Source: Spirochaetota bacterium
GTDB taxonomy: Bacteria; Spirochaetota; UBA12135; COTS27; CBDBHE01
Direction: 5' to 3'
Assembly (NCBI GenBank): GCA_965205605.1
Contig: CBDBHE010000002.1
Coordinates: 96,001-160,000, forward strand
DNA: 64,000 nucleotides
Position numbers and translations under genes: made by a program. This document shows positions 37,540 through 48,436 of this stretch, piece by piece (the stretch's first letter is position 1; each line of letters begins with the position of its first letter). A model generated the notes under the pieces. It was not told the origin of the DNA. It did no database searches and saw only the letters and a list, made by a program, of their open reading frames with translations.

Positions 37540-38517
37540 ATGCCTGAAAAAATTTATAAACCATCTAGTTTTAAAGAAAACAAAGAAAAATTCTTAGTTA
37601 AGACCCCTGTTTTTAGAGGAAAGAAAAAGCAAAAATCGACCTTTAGTTCATCTCAAGATGTTGCTAATAAAAATCAAGCTGGTAATAAAGATAATTTTAC
37701 TGAGCTTGACAATAAAGTTGAAGAAGATGTTAATGATGAATTTGTTTATCAAGAAAAAATAAAAGAACTTGAAAATGAAAAAATAAAGATTCAAAGTGAA
37801 TATAAAGAAACCATTAAAAAAGCTGAGGAAGAATCAGAAAAAATTATTGAATTTGCTGAGATAGGGGCTTTTAAAAGAATTAAAAATGCAAATGAAGAGT
37901 TTAAGCGAATCATTGACATTGCTAATGAAGAAAGCGAAAATGTATTAAATGCTTCTAAAGTAAAATCAGACGATATCCTTAAGGAAACTGAAGATAAGAA
38001 AGAAGAAATTATAAAAAAAGCTTACAAAGAAGGGTTTGATAAAGGCCATCAAGATAGTTTTGATAGTTATAAACCAATTCTAGAAAAAACACTCGCTAAA
38101 TTAGAGCAAATCATTAGCCAAGCTATTAATAAACGCAATGAAATTATTGAAAGTAGTGAAAAACAATTAAGTGATATTTCTATTACGATTGCTAAAAAAA
38201 TTATTAAATCTATTTCTGAAAGTGATCAAAGTATCATTATTAGAAATGTAACTGAATCGATACGAAAAATCAAAGGAAAAACTCGTATTACCATTAGAGT
38301 TAATATCAATGACTTAGAGCTTATTACGCATCATAAAGATGAGTTTTACCAAATGCTAAACAATATTGAACAAGTCAATATTTTAGAAGATCCTAATATT
38401 GAAAGGGGAGGTTGTGTTATTGAAACTGATTTTGGTGAAATCGATGCTCGAATCTCTTCTCAGTTTAATAAAATTGAATCAGCTATTAAAAGAGCACAAC
38501 CAATAACAGAGCTTTAA
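37540..38517 (+). CDS. fliH: flagellar assembly protein FliH
   Basis: Coiled coil, AYKEGFDKG repeat, IRVN..DL, GGCVIETDFGEIDARI. Confidence 0.93.
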   Translation: MPEKIYKPSSFKENKEKFLVKTPVFRGKKKQKSTFSSSQDVANKNQAGNKDNFTELDNKVEEDVNDEFVYQEKIKELENEKIKIQSEYKETIKKAEEESEKIIEFAEIGAFKRIKNANEEFKRIIDIANEESENVLNASKVKSDDILKETEDKKEEIIKKAYKEGFDKGHQDSFDSYKPILEKTLAKLEQIISQAINKRNEIIESSEKQLSDISITIAKKIIKSISESDQSIIIRNVTESIRKIKGKTRITIRVNINDLELITHHKDEFYQMLNNIEQVNILEDPNIERGGCVIETDFGEIDARISSQFNKIESAIKRAQPITEL

Positions 38518-38520
38518 AAA

Positions 38521-39891
38521 ATGAGTTCATTTAATTTTGATGATATTAATGTACTTGATAAGTATACTTCTATTCTAGAAGATATCGATCCAATAAAAAC
38601 TCAAGGAGTTGTTGTTTCCGTTAAAGGGCTCTTGATTGAGTCACTCGGCCCTATCACAAAGGTTGGAGATATTTGTGATATTATTTTAACAAATGGCAAA
38701 ACTGTTTGTGCAGAAGTGATTGGTTTTAGAAATAACTATATTCAACTGATGACTATGGGTAATATGGAGGGGATTATTAATGGGAGTAGGGTTATTTCAA
38801 AGCATTCTAGTTTATCGATTCCTGTTTCTGAAGAGTTTATTGGTAGAGTTGTGAATGCTTTAGGTGAGCCAGCAGATGGTCGTTCTTTTAGGTCTCATTC
38901 TGAAAAAAGAAGTGTTTTCGCAGAATCTCCAAACTATTATGAGCGTAAGTCAATAACGGAAGTTTTGTCTGTAGGGGTACAAGCTATTGATGGTCTTTTA
39001 ACAGTTGGTAAGGGACAAAGAATTGGTATTTTTTCTGGCTCGGGAGTTGGTAAATCGACTTTATTAGCAATGATAGCAAAAAATACACAAGCCGATATTA
39101 ATGTAGTGGCTTTAACGGGGGAAAGAGGAAGAGAAGTTAATGAATTTATTAAAAATGATCTTGGAGAAGAAGGGATGAAAAAAACAATTGTTGTTGTTGC
39201 CACTTCAGATCAATCTCCTCTATCTAAAGTACGCTCTGTTTATACAGCAACTACCATAGCAGAATACTTTAGAGATAAAGGAAAGCATGTTTTGCTAATG
39301 ATTGATTCTATTACCCGTTTAGCTTTAGCTCAAAGAGAAATCGGCTCTTCTTTAGGTGAACCTCCAACAACTAGAGCTTATACGCCTTCAGTTTTTAATA
39401 TTCTTCCTAAAATTACTGAAAGAGCAGGGGTTAGTGATAAAGGAAGCATTACTGCTTTTTATACAATTTTAAGTGAAGGAGATGATATCGATGAGCCCAT
39501 TTCGGATTTTATGAGGGGAATTTTAGATGGGCATATTATTCTTTCTAGAAAAAAAGCCAATAAAAACCATTACCCTTCTATCGAAGTTAACCAATCTATT
39601 AGTCGCCTTTCTATTAATGTTTGTTCTGAAAAGCATTATGCCGCTATTGGAAAAATGAAAGAATATTTGTCAGCCTATGAAGAAGTAGAAGATTTAATTC
39701 AAATAGGGGCTTATACTCGAGGAAGTAATCCATCCGCTGATATAGCCATTAGCAAAATAGACCAAATTAATCAATTTTTAAAACAATCGATTCATGAAAA
39801 ACCTTCTTTTGAAGAAAGTGTCGAGCAATTATTAATTATTTTGGGAATGGAGAAAAATTCAAGTTCTCAACTAGCTTCGCTTTTTGAGTAG
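38521..39891 (+). CDS. fliI: flagellum-specific ATPase FliI
   Basis: GQRIGIFSGSGVGKS, GERGREV, DSITRLALAQREIG, GILDGHIILSR. Confidence 0.97.
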   Translation: MSSFNFDDINVLDKYTSILEDIDPIKTQGVVVSVKGLLIESLGPITKVGDICDIILTNGKTVCAEVIGFRNNYIQLMTMGNMEGIINGSRVISKHSSLSIPVSEEFIGRVVNALGEPADGRSFRSHSEKRSVFAESPNYYERKSITEVLSVGVQAIDGLLTVGKGQRIGIFSGSGVGKSTLLAMIAKNTQADINVVALTGERGREVNEFIKNDLGEEGMKKTIVVVATSDQSPLSKVRSVYTATTIAEYFRDKGKHVLLMIDSITRLALAQREIGSSLGEPPTTRAYTPSVFNILPKITERAGVSDKGSITAFYTILSEGDDIDEPISDFMRGILDGHIILSRKKANKNHYPSIEVNQSISRLSINVCSEKHYAAIGKMKEYLSAYEEVEDLIQIGAYTRGSNPSADIAISKIDQINQFLKQSIHEKPSFEESVEQLLIILGMEKNSSSQLASLFE

Positions 39892-39986
39892 CTTTTTTAC
39901 TTTATTTTTTTAAAAAAAATAAAGTTATTTTCTTTAAGAATTTTTGACGATCTTATAAGAAGAGAAACAATTATTTGGCCTAAATA

Positions 39987-42611
39987 ATGGAAAAAAAAGA
40001 TTTAGATTTAGCTGGAGCAGTTATAACCAGTTTAGAGCAAGGCGAGCTTCCATCCGTTGTTACTCCTGATCTTTTAGAAAGTTTTAAAGAAAAAATACCT
40101 CAAGATAAACTTAAGGAAAGTGTTGAAAAATATATAAATCCATCTGATGTAAAACAAGAAAAAACAGAAATTTTTGAAGATCCAGAACTTTTAAAATCTT
40201 TACATGACAAAGAACAAAAAAAGGAAACTCCTGTTGATCAAGAGCAAGCTGAAAAAAGTACTCAAGGTGAGTTTGATGATTTATTTTCGGGTATAGATGA
40301 TGATTTTTCAATTGAAGATGATTCGATTCCTAAAGAACCTGCTGAACCAACAGAAACCCAAGAGATAGAAGAACCTCTAAAAGATTCGATTCCTAAAGAA
40401 TCTGTTGAACCAGCAGTTCTTGAAAAAGAACTAAATTTTAATGATTTAGAGAAAAGCTTATCTTCTTATTTAGAAGAAGATGTGGGGACTTTAGAAGAGG
40501 TAGTCTCTTCAGTTGAAAAAGATAGTGAAGCCATTAAAGCCATTAAATCTATTTCAGAATTTGGAGACTTAAAAGATCCTTTAGATAAAGAGCTGGAGGC
40601 TCCTTTTACTGAAGAGGAAGTTGATTCAGAAGATCTTTTTCAACCGCCTAAGCAAGAAGCTAGCAGACAAGATGATGATGATCATAAAAAAGCTTTAACT
40701 ATTTTACAAGGATACACGGAGCTTAATCAAAAAATTATTTATAAATCAATTGTTGAAAGTAGCGTTAGTAAAGGTGAAATAGAAATCATTGAGAAAATGA
40801 TTCTCGGTGGTACTAATGAAGAAGATGTCGTTAAAAGTCTTTTTAATTTTTTAAAAGATAAAAAAGATGCTGTTTTAATAGATACGAAGCTTCAAAGGCA
40901 AGCTTATTATAAATCAACAGGAAAAGAACTTTTAGCCACTAATTTATTTCCTTTAATTAGAATGTTTGCTATTGGTATTGTTGTCTTGATAGGTATTTTT
41001 TTTCTTTATCAATATGCTAATAAATATATTCGAGCTAATCAGTTTTATGAGAAAGGACTTGATTTTATAGAAGAAGATGCTTATTTAGAATCTAACGATA
41101 TGTATCAAAAAGCGGTTAACCTTTGGCCTAATATTGAGAAAATAAATGAATATGCTAATAAGTATATATCTTTGGGGCGTTTTTATGATGCACAAAAAAA
41201 GTATGAAGATGCTCTTAAATTAAAACCTAATCATTATTTAACAAAACTTAATTTTGCTAAGATGTATGTGATTAAAAAAGACTACCAAATTGCTGAAGAT
41301 CGATTTAAAAAAATGACTGAAAGGCACCCTAAAAAAATAAAAATTTTAGAGGAAATGGGAGAATTGTATTTAGATTGGGGTAATGAAGATAGGTCTAAAT
41401 TTAGAAATGCAGATGCAACTTACAATTTAATCATGGCAAATAAAGGGCCTCATGCCAAGTATTTTGTTAAAAAAATGCATCTGGAAGCAAAAAGAAATAA
41501 TTATTTAAAAGCTAAAATTTATTATAACAATGCTTTAATTTTAGATCCTAAATTTATTAATTTGAAATCACATGGCATTTGGGTAGATTATCTTCAAAAT
41601 ATTTATAACAATTTTTTTGAGCCTAAAAATGCCCACCGCTCTAAATATGATCAAGAACAACTTTTTATCGTTAGAACAATTAATGAATTAACTGAAAAAA
41701 TTTATCAAAAAGATCAAGATCATTTTTTAAATTATTACTATGCTGCAAGATGGAATATGTCAGTTGATTCTTTAAATAAAGCCGAGAAATTTGCTAAGAA
41801 AGGAGTAGAATTATTTGAAAAAAAAGGAGGTTTTCTTCGTTTTGATGCTTCTAAACTATACAATATATTAGGAATGACTCAATATAAAAAAAATAATATT
41901 ATTGAAGCTGTTAATGCTTTTCAAACTTCTTTGGATTTAAATCCAAGTACTTCTTTACCTAATTACTATATGGGGCATATTAGTTTTCATAAATTAGGTA
42001 ATTTTGAAAAAGCAAAAGAGTATTTTAATACAGCTAAATTGTATTGGAAAGAAGAAAAAAACCATTATTATGATGAGCTTTTATATAGTTTAGGTTATGT
42101 TTATTATCAAGAAGGTCTTGATAATAAAAATTTTTCTAGTGAAAGTTATCGAGAAGCTTTTAATTATTGGCAAGAGCTTTCGGATCGATACCCTAATAAT
42201 TATTTATCTTCGTATGTTTCTGGTTTGGCTTATTTGTCTTTAAAAGAGTATGATTTAGCAGAAGCTCAATTTCGAGTTACTTTTGATTTATTAAAGCGAT
42301 ACATTAATGTTTATAAAGAAAATGGAGGCAGTGTTGCCAAGGAAATTAAACAAAAAGTTGAAGTATTAACAGATCTTTATAATAATATTGCGATTGCTCA
42401 AATGGGTAAATCTTATCAAAATATTAGACCGGTTTATAATAGACAAAAATCTTTAAAAAATTTAATTAATGCGATTAGCTTGAAAGATCAAATGGGACTT
42501 ACAAAAGGAATCCCTATTGCAAATTATAATTTAATTAATCATTCAAAAAATACCAGTATTAACAATTTTATTATTGCTAATAATTTTTTACCTAAAGTTT
42601 TTAATAATTAA
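39987..42611 (+). CDS. flcA: FlcA-like periplasmic flagellar collar protein (acidic N-terminus, one TM segment, TPR repeats)
   Basis: About 320-aa acidic low-complexity region, TM helix (PLIRMFAIGIVVLIGIFFLY), long TPR array; same architecture as Borrelia FlcA; follows fliI. Confidence 0.65.
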   Translation: MEKKDLDLAGAVITSLEQGELPSVVTPDLLESFKEKIPQDKLKESVEKYINPSDVKQEKTEIFEDPELLKSLHDKEQKKETPVDQEQAEKSTQGEFDDLFSGIDDDFSIEDDSIPKEPAEPTETQEIEEPLKDSIPKESVEPAVLEKELNFNDLEKSLSSYLEEDVGTLEEVVSSVEKDSEAIKAIKSISEFGDLKDPLDKELEAPFTEEEVDSEDLFQPPKQEASRQDDDDHKKALTILQGYTELNQKIIYKSIVESSVSKGEIEIIEKMILGGTNEEDVVKSLFNFLKDKKDAVLIDTKLQRQAYYKSTGKELLATNLFPLIRMFAIGIVVLIGIFFLYQYANKYIRANQFYEKGLDFIEEDAYLESNDMYQKAVNLWPNIEKINEYANKYISLGRFYDAQKKYEDALKLKPNHYLTKLNFAKMYVIKKDYQIAEDRFKKMTERHPKKIKILEEMGELYLDWGNEDRSKFRNADATYNLIMANKGPHAKYFVKKMHLEAKRNNYLKAKIYYNNALILDPKFINLKSHGIWVDYLQNIYNNFFEPKNAHRSKYDQEQLFIVRTINELTEKIYQKDQDHFLNYYYAARWNMSVDSLNKAEKFAKKGVELFEKKGGFLRFDASKLYNILGMTQYKKNNIIEAVNAFQTSLDLNPSTSLPNYYMGHISFHKLGNFEKAKEYFNTAKLYWKEEKNHYYDELLYSLGYVYYQEGLDNKNFSSESYREAFNYWQELSDRYPNNYLSSYVSGLAYLSLKEYDLAEAQFRVTFDLLKRYINVYKENGGSVAKEIKQKVEVLTDLYNNIAIAQMGKSYQNIRPVYNRQKSLKNLINAISLKDQMGLTKGIPIANYNLINHSKNTSINNFIIANNFLPKVFNN
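40320..40412 (+). repeat. 30-bp in-frame direct repeat, 63 bp apart (DSIPKEPAEP / DSIPKESVEP)
   Basis: gattcgattcctaaagaacctgctgaacca at 40320-40349 versus gattcgattcctaaagaatctgttgaacca at 40383-40412. Confidence 0.8.
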
Positions 42612-42626
42612 TGCTAATTAATTATT

Positions 42627-44333
42627 TTAGTTAATTTTTAAAATTTTCTCTATTTTTTTAAGAGTTGAAACGTTTAGGGCTTTTTTTGCTATTTGTTTGG
42701 CTTCTTTTGTTGAAATTTTTTTAATGGCTCGTTGAATATTAATCATTTTTTTAGGGTTAACAATGAGTTTTCTAAGTCCAATTCCAATTAAAAAAGAAAG
42801 ATAATCAGTATTTTCAGTCATATTCCCACAAATAGATATTTCTACATTATTTTTATTGGCTATAGAAACCATATGAAAGAGGCTTCTTAAAATAGCTGGA
42901 TGATGGGGAATGTACAGATCAGCAACTTTTTCATTTGTACGATCAACAGCTAAGGTGTATTGAATCAAATCATTGGCTCCTATAGAAAAAAAATCTACAT
43001 ATTGACATAATTCTTCCATAATATGCACCACGGAAGGGATTTCAAGCATAATGCCTATTTTGGGCGATTGGTTATATTTTATTTTTTCTTTTTTTAAATC
43101 TGAAAGACAAAGTGTAATGATTGCTTTACAAGCTAAAAATTCTTCAATTGATGAAATCAAAGGAAAAATAATATAAAGAGGGTAATCAACCCCGGCTCTT
43201 AAAATAGCTCTTATTTGTTTGATAAAAATATCTTGATATTTAATGGTAAATCGTGATGATCTAAACCCTAAAAAAGGATTGTTTTCTTTAATGGGGTAAT
43301 AAGGCAAAAATTTATCTCCACCAATATCTAAAGTCCTTATAGTAATAGGTTTATTTTTCATAGGGCCAAAAAATTTTTTATAAATATTGTATTGCTCTTC
43401 CTCTGAAGGGATTGAATTTCTAAAAATAAAAGCAAATTCACTACGATAAAGGCCGATGCCGCTAGCTTTTAGTTTGACAGAAAGGTTAAAATCACTAATT
43501 AAATTGACACTTGTCATTAAATCAATGTTTTCTTTATTTTTTGTTTCTGTTGTTTCAAAAATTTTTTCGTTATTTTTGGATTTTGATTCTTTTCTTTGAG
43601 TTTTTTTTTCTACTGCTTTAATGATGTCTTTACTTGGTTTTATATAAATTTGACTGCTATTAGCTTCTATTAAAATAGGGGTTTGATTTTTTAAAAACAA
43701 AATATTTTTATCTGTTGTGATAATAGCAGGCAATTTAAGGGATTGAATTAAGATTGAAATATGAGAAGTAGCACCTCCACCAACAATGATAATTCCTTTA
43801 ATATTTTCAGAAGCTAATTTTAAAATATCTGATGGAAAAATTTCTTTGATAATAACAATTTTATTTTGATTAATTGAAAAATTTCTTTTCTTTTGAACAA
43901 GATTTTCTAAAATATGAAGTGCTACATCTTCCAAATCTTGTTTTTTTTCTTGAATCAAATAGCTTTCACTATTACCAATAGCTTCAAGATATTCTTTAAC
44001 AATAGTGATAAGAGCAATAGGAGGATTAATATTTTTTTCAATTAAACCGATAACTTTTTTTTTGAAGACTTGATCTTGAAGGATTAAAAGATGGCCTTGA
44101 AAAATAATAGAAGCCGATTCAGTTAATTTTTCTTCAATATTTTTTTTGAGAGATTTTAGTTGAATTTCAGCATTTTCTAATGCTTTTAAAAAATTATTAA
44201 TTGTATAGTGTTCATCATAAGTTGTGTATAAATAATGTTCTAAAGAAAGTCTTTGGTTTAAAATCAAGGCTTCACCCAAGGCGAATCCATCGGAGAGTTT
44301 TTTTCCTTTTAAAATAGTTTTATTGTTATGCAT
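42627..44333 (-). CDS. ptsI: phosphoenolpyruvate-protein phosphotransferase (PTS enzyme I, no GAF domain)
   Basis: GGGATSH phospho-His motif, GIGLYRSEF, RTLDIGGDK, NPFLG, MLEIPS, DFFSIGANDLIQY, ICG. Confidence 0.93.
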   Translation of the reverse strand: MHNNKTILKGKKLSDGFALGEALILNQRLSLEHYLYTTYDEHYTINNFLKALENAEIQLKSLKKNIEEKLTESASIIFQGHLLILQDQVFKKKVIGLIEKNINPPIALITIVKEYLEAIGNSESYLIQEKKQDLEDVALHILENLVQKKRNFSINQNKIVIIKEIFPSDILKLASENIKGIIIVGGGATSHISILIQSLKLPAIITTDKNILFLKNQTPILIEANSSQIYIKPSKDIIKAVEKKTQRKESKSKNNEKIFETTETKNKENIDLMTSVNLISDFNLSVKLKASGIGLYRSEFAFIFRNSIPSEEEQYNIYKKFFGPMKNKPITIRTLDIGGDKFLPYYPIKENNPFLGFRSSRFTIKYQDIFIKQIRAILRAGVDYPLYIIFPLISSIEEFLACKAIITLCLSDLKKEKIKYNQSPKIGIMLEIPSVVHIMEELCQYVDFFSIGANDLIQYTLAVDRTNEKVADLYIPHHPAILRSLFHMVSIANKNNVEISICGNMTENTDYLSFLIGIGLRKLIVNPKKMINIQRAIKKISTKEAKQIAKKALNVSTLKKIEKILKIN

Positions 44334-44594
44334 TTTTTTGGGTAAATTTTTTTTTTTTTCAATTGGCTTTACTTAAAATTAAAAAACATGTAAAACTTTA
44401 CACTTTCTTAAAAGGGATTTTATTTACTTATTTTATAATGATAAGGTATTTAGATCACATAAAGTGAAAATGAGATTATAAAAAAAGTTTCACTTAAATT
44501 ATAAAATAAAAAAATTAAAATATAGAGAATATAAATAAATTTGTTATTTTTTTTTGATAATATTTTACTTTATTTAAAATTAATTTTTTAATCG

Positions 44595-45290
44595 ATGTTA
44601 AGAGTTTCTCTTTTTACTTCTTTCTTTTATTTACTACTTTTTATTTCTTGTACTAAAAATAGTACGTTGCGTTTTTATTTAGATATTCGTTCTGCTTACG
44701 ATCAGTGGGATCTAAGTGATGTTGATCGCTTATTTGAAGTTTCTTTACAAAATAATAGAGATTTAACAGCAGCCAGTGTTTATTATTTAGGACTTTGTTT
44801 GCGTGATTTATCTTTAGGCAAAGGCACAACAAAAAGAAATCTAAAATTAAACACAAAAGAAAAAAAAACATTTATTTTAAAAATCAAAAATCATTTAAAA
44901 AGACTTTATTCTATTAATAATGATTTTAATATTCGAAATTTATGTGTTGTGAGTATTGCTTATCATCAAGATCAAGAAACGATAGATTTTTTGAATAAAA
45001 ATCTATCGTCCCATTTAGAAGAAAGCACTATCGAAGTTGCTCTTAAATCTTTAAGAGATTTTATTTTAGATAAAAAACATGATACTTCAAAAACAATTCT
45101 TTCAACTCTTAAATTAATTTCAAAAGAAAACAATGCTCTTTTCCATCAAGCTCTTTATAACCTTACTTTATACCCCCCTAATGAACAAATTGATAATGGG
45201 CTTGCAAATTACTTAAAGATTAATGAAGGGACTTACCGTAGCTTGTTTGTCAAAAAAGCTATGGATAATAGAAAAAAAGATTTACAATAA
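44595..45290 (+). CDS. hypothetical lipoprotein (helical, HEAT-like)
   Basis: Spirochete-type lipobox LLFISC; alpha-helical repeats. Confidence 0.7.
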   Translation: MLRVSLFTSFFYLLLFISCTKNSTLRFYLDIRSAYDQWDLSDVDRLFEVSLQNNRDLTAASVYYLGLCLRDLSLGKGTTKRNLKLNTKEKKTFILKIKNHLKRLYSINNDFNIRNLCVVSIAYHQDQETIDFLNKNLSSHLEESTIEVALKSLRDFILDKKHDTSKTILSTLKLISKENNALFHQALYNLTLYPPNEQIDNGLANYLKINEGTYRSLFVKKAMDNRKKDLQ

Positions 45291-45297
45291 GTTTGTT

Positions 45298-45984
45298 ATG
45301 AAGTTTCTTTTTTTACTTTTATTTTCTTTTATGCTTGTTGCTTGTCAAACTTTTGTTGTCAAAAAAGAAATTAAAGGTGTAAAGAATATTGTATTTTTTT
45401 CTTTTGAAATGAATCATGAAGATTTTAAAAAAGAAGCGAATGTTAATTACCCTAATATTAGCTTTATTGCCCATTCTTTTTGTAAAAAGTTTGTTAAAGA
45501 ATTTAATAACAATAAATTTGGGGTTAAACTTATTTTTTTAAATGAACAAATATTTAAAAAAGCAGGGCTTGATCCAAGTAAAAAAGTAAGCTTGATCAGA
45601 GATCAAGTGAATTTTCCTTGGACTTTTAATGAAAAAAATTTTAGTCAATATGAAATAAAAGCTTTATTAAAAGCAGCTTCTTCACAAGGGTATTTAATCT
45701 TGGATTTAGAAGCCTCTGTTTGGTCTCAGCTGATGAAGGGGAGCTTGAAAATTAAGTCTGAAAAAAGTCGTTTGGTTATTAATAAATCTGTTAGAGAACA
45801 GTCGACTTATATTATTCAAGATGAGAATTCCCCTTATGTTTTTGATTTTGATAAGCTTTTTGATCAATTAGAATTGAAGGCAAATCACAAAAAAGAGATT
45901 ATTAAAATTTATGATGAGATAGCAGTTAATTTAGCAAATAGAATTAAAAAAAAAATCGAGAAAAAACTAGAAAATAAAATTTAA
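45298..45984 (+). CDS. hypothetical lipoprotein
   Basis: MKFLFLLLFSFMLVAC lipobox when started at ATG 45298, 7 bp after the previous stop. Confidence 0.75.
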   Translation: MKFLFLLLFSFMLVACQTFVVKKEIKGVKNIVFFSFEMNHEDFKKEANVNYPNISFIAHSFCKKFVKEFNNNKFGVKLIFLNEQIFKKAGLDPSKKVSLIRDQVNFPWTFNEKNFSQYEIKALLKAASSQGYLILDLEASVWSQLMKGSLKIKSEKSRLVINKSVREQSTYIIQDENSPYVFDFDKLFDQLELKANHKKEIIKIYDEIAVNLANRIKKKIEKKLENKI

Positions 45985-46035
45985 TTAGTTGGACTTACTA
46001 ATCTTTTAAAACAATATTACAATAAGGGAAGGACG

Positions 46036-47508
46036 ATGGAAAATTTTAATTTTAAAGAAGGTCTAACATATGATGATTTTTTAATAGAGCCATCTGACTC
46101 GAGTATTTTACCTCATGAAGTTGATTTAACAACTCAATTAACAAAAAACATTACGATTAAATTGCCTTTAATTTCAGCTCCAATGGATACCGTAACAGAA
46201 TCTACTTTAGCGATTGCAATTGCTCATTTAGGAGGCATTGGGATTATTCACAAAAATCTAAGTATTAAAGATCAAGTTAAAGAAGTCGCCATTGTCAAAA
46301 GATCTGCTAATGGATTTATTTATGATCCAGCAACACTTTCTTTAGATACTCTTTTAGGAGATGCCATAGAAATAATGAAATCTCTTTCAGTAAGTGGGTT
46401 TCCAATTATCAGTGATAAAAAAGTAGTTGGTATTTTGACTAATCGAGATTTACATTTTGAAAGTGACTTAAAAAAATCAGTTTCTAGTTTAATGACTAAA
46501 AAAGTCATTACAGCTCCAAAAGGGACATCTCTTAAAGAAGCTAAAGAAATTATGAGAAAAAACAAAATTGAAAAATTACCTATTGTTGATGAAAAAAATG
46601 TTCTTATAGGGCTTGTTTGTATTAAAGATATATTAAGTAGTATTAATTTTTCAGATGCAACGAAAGATAAAGAAGGACGACTGCGAGTGGGGGCTGCTTG
46701 TGGGATTTCGTCAAAAGAAAAAGAAAGAGTAAGGGCTTTAATAGAAGCTGGAATTGATTTAATTACCATTGATAGTGCTCATGGGCATCATAAAAATGTT
46801 TTAGAAATGATTAGTTGGGTTAAGAAAAAATATTCTTCGATGCAAGTGATTGGAGGGAATATTGCAACAGTAGAGGGTTGTAAAGCGATCATTGATGCCG
46901 GAGCGGATGCGGTTAAAGTAGGGGTTGGACCTGGTTCTATTTGTACGACACGTATTATTTCTGGAGTTGGTGTTCCTCAAGCAACAGCTGTTTTAAATGC
47001 AGCTTTATATGCAAAAAAAAATAAAATCCCTGTTATTGCAGATGGGGGGATTAAATTTTCTGGAGATATTGCTAAGGCTTTGGCTTTGGGGGCTTCTTCT
47101 GTGATGTTAGGGTCTCTTTTTGCAGGGACTGAAGAGGCTCCTGGTGAAAAAATTTATCATAATGGGCGTTCGTATAAAACTTATCGAGGAATGGGAAGTA
47201 TTTCTGCCATGGAATCAGGATCAGATGATCGGTATCTTTTTAGTAAAGAAGTAGGCACTAAGAATTATTCTAAAAAATTAGTCCCTGAGGGAGTTGAAGG
47301 AGCTGTTTTATTTAGAGGTGCTCTTACTGATTTAATTTTTCAGTTAAGTGGTGGACTTAGGAGTGCGATGGGTTATTGTGGAGCTAATAATCTAAAGAAA
47401 CTTTCTGAGAAAGCAAAATTTATTCGCATTACGAGTTCTGGTTTAAAGGAATCTCATGTTCATAATGTAGTTGTTACAAAAGAGACTCCAAATTATATTG
47501 CAACTTAA
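46036..47508 (+). CDS. guaB: inosine-5'-monophosphate dehydrogenase
   Basis: [14 protein letters not shown], two CBS domains, [29 protein letters not shown]. Confidence 0.98.
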   Translation: MENFNFKEGLTYDDFLIEPSDSSILPHEVDLTTQLTKNITIKLPLISAPMDTVTESTLAIAIAHLGGIGIIHKNLSIKDQVKEVAIVKRSANGFIYDPATLSLDTLLGDAIEIMKSLSVSGFPIISDKKVVGILTNRDLHFESDLKKSVSSLMTKKVITAPKGTSLKEAKEIMRKNKIEKLPIVDEKNVLIGLVCIKDILSSINFSDATKDKEGRLRVGAACGISSKEKERVRALIEAGIDLITIDSAHGHHKNVLEMISWVKKKYSSMQVIGGNIATVEGCKAIIDAGADAVKVGVGPGSICTTRIISGVGVPQATAVLNAALYAKKNKIPVIADGGIKFSGDIAKALALGASSVMLGSLFAGTEEAPGEKIYHNGRSYKTYRGMGSISAMESGSDDRYLFSKEVGTKNYSKKLVPEGVEGAVLFRGALTDLIFQLSGGLRSAMGYCGANNLKKLSEKAKFIRITSSGLKESHVHNVVVTKETPNYIAT

Positions 47509-47519
47509 AGGTTTTAAAA

Positions 47520-48404
47520 ATGCAAGGTATTTTTACAGCTCTTATTACCCCTTTTCGTAAAAATAAAATTGATTATGACTCTTTATCAAAGCTCATCGAA
47601 TTTCAAATCAAGTCTGGTATTAACGGTATCCTTCCTTGTGGCACCACCGGTGAATCCCCTACCTTATCTACTGAAGAGCACAATGATTTGATCAAATTTG
47701 TTGTCGAAAAAGTCGCTAAACGAGTTAAAATTTTAGCAAATACAGGTAGTAATTCTACAACAGAATCTATTTATTTTTCTCAACATGCTAAAGAAATAGG
47801 AGCTGATGCTTGTATGCTTGTTTCTCCTTATTACAACAAACCAACTCAAGAAGGTTTGTATCAACACTTTAAAACAATTGCTAGGGAAGTAAACATAGAT
47901 TTTATTATTTATAACATTCCTTCTAGAACAAGTGTTTTTATTGAAAATAAAACCTTTTTTCGTTTAAAAGAAGTAAAAAATATTATAGGAATTAAAGATG
48001 CGGTTGATGATATTAATTATACAAGTCAATTTTTAAATAATTTTCAAGATCGTTTTATTGTTTTTTCTGGTAATGACACTATGAATTATCCAATTTTTCT
48101 CTTAGGGGGTAAAGGCTCGATTTCAGTGCTTTCAAATCTTTTTCCAAAAGAAGTTGTCGCTTGTTTTAAAGCTTTTAAAGCAGGTAATATCAATTTGGCT
48201 AAAGAAATGCACTTTAAAGTTTACTCTCTTACAAAAGCTCTTTTTATAAAAACAAATCCAATCCCTGTTAAAGAAGCTTGTTATTTAGAACACTTAATCG
48301 ATTCTCCAGAAATTAGACTTCCTTTGACAAGACTTGATAAAAGCGACGTTGCTTTTTTAACAAATGAAATAAAGCTTTTTAAAAAAAATTTTAATTTGTC
48401 ATAA
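47520..48404 (+). CDS. dapA: 4-hydroxy-tetrahydrodipicolinate synthase
   Basis: TALITPF, CGTTGESPTL, PYYNKPTQEG, YNIPSRT, GIKDA, TNPIPVK. Confidence 0.97.
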   Translation: MQGIFTALITPFRKNKIDYDSLSKLIEFQIKSGINGILPCGTTGESPTLSTEEHNDLIKFVVEKVAKRVKILANTGSNSTTESIYFSQHAKEIGADACMLVSPYYNKPTQEGLYQHFKTIAREVNIDFIIYNIPSRTSVFIENKTFFRLKEVKNIIGIKDAVDDINYTSQFLNNFQDRFIVFSGNDTMNYPIFLLGGKGSISVLSNLFPKEVVACFKAFKAGNINLAKEMHFKVYSLTKALFIKTNPIPVKEACYLEHLIDSPEIRLPLTRLDKSDVAFLTNEIKLFKKNFNLS

Positions 48405-48436
48405 TTTTTTTTAACTTACTAATAAGTTTAATTTTT

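Noticed and set aside
46320-46769. 149-aa antisense ORF in guaB, and similar shadow ORFs (4581, 16237, 19069, 25857, 30463, 38937 and others)
   Set aside because: Antisense or off-frame shadows of well-conserved genes, with no motifs of their own
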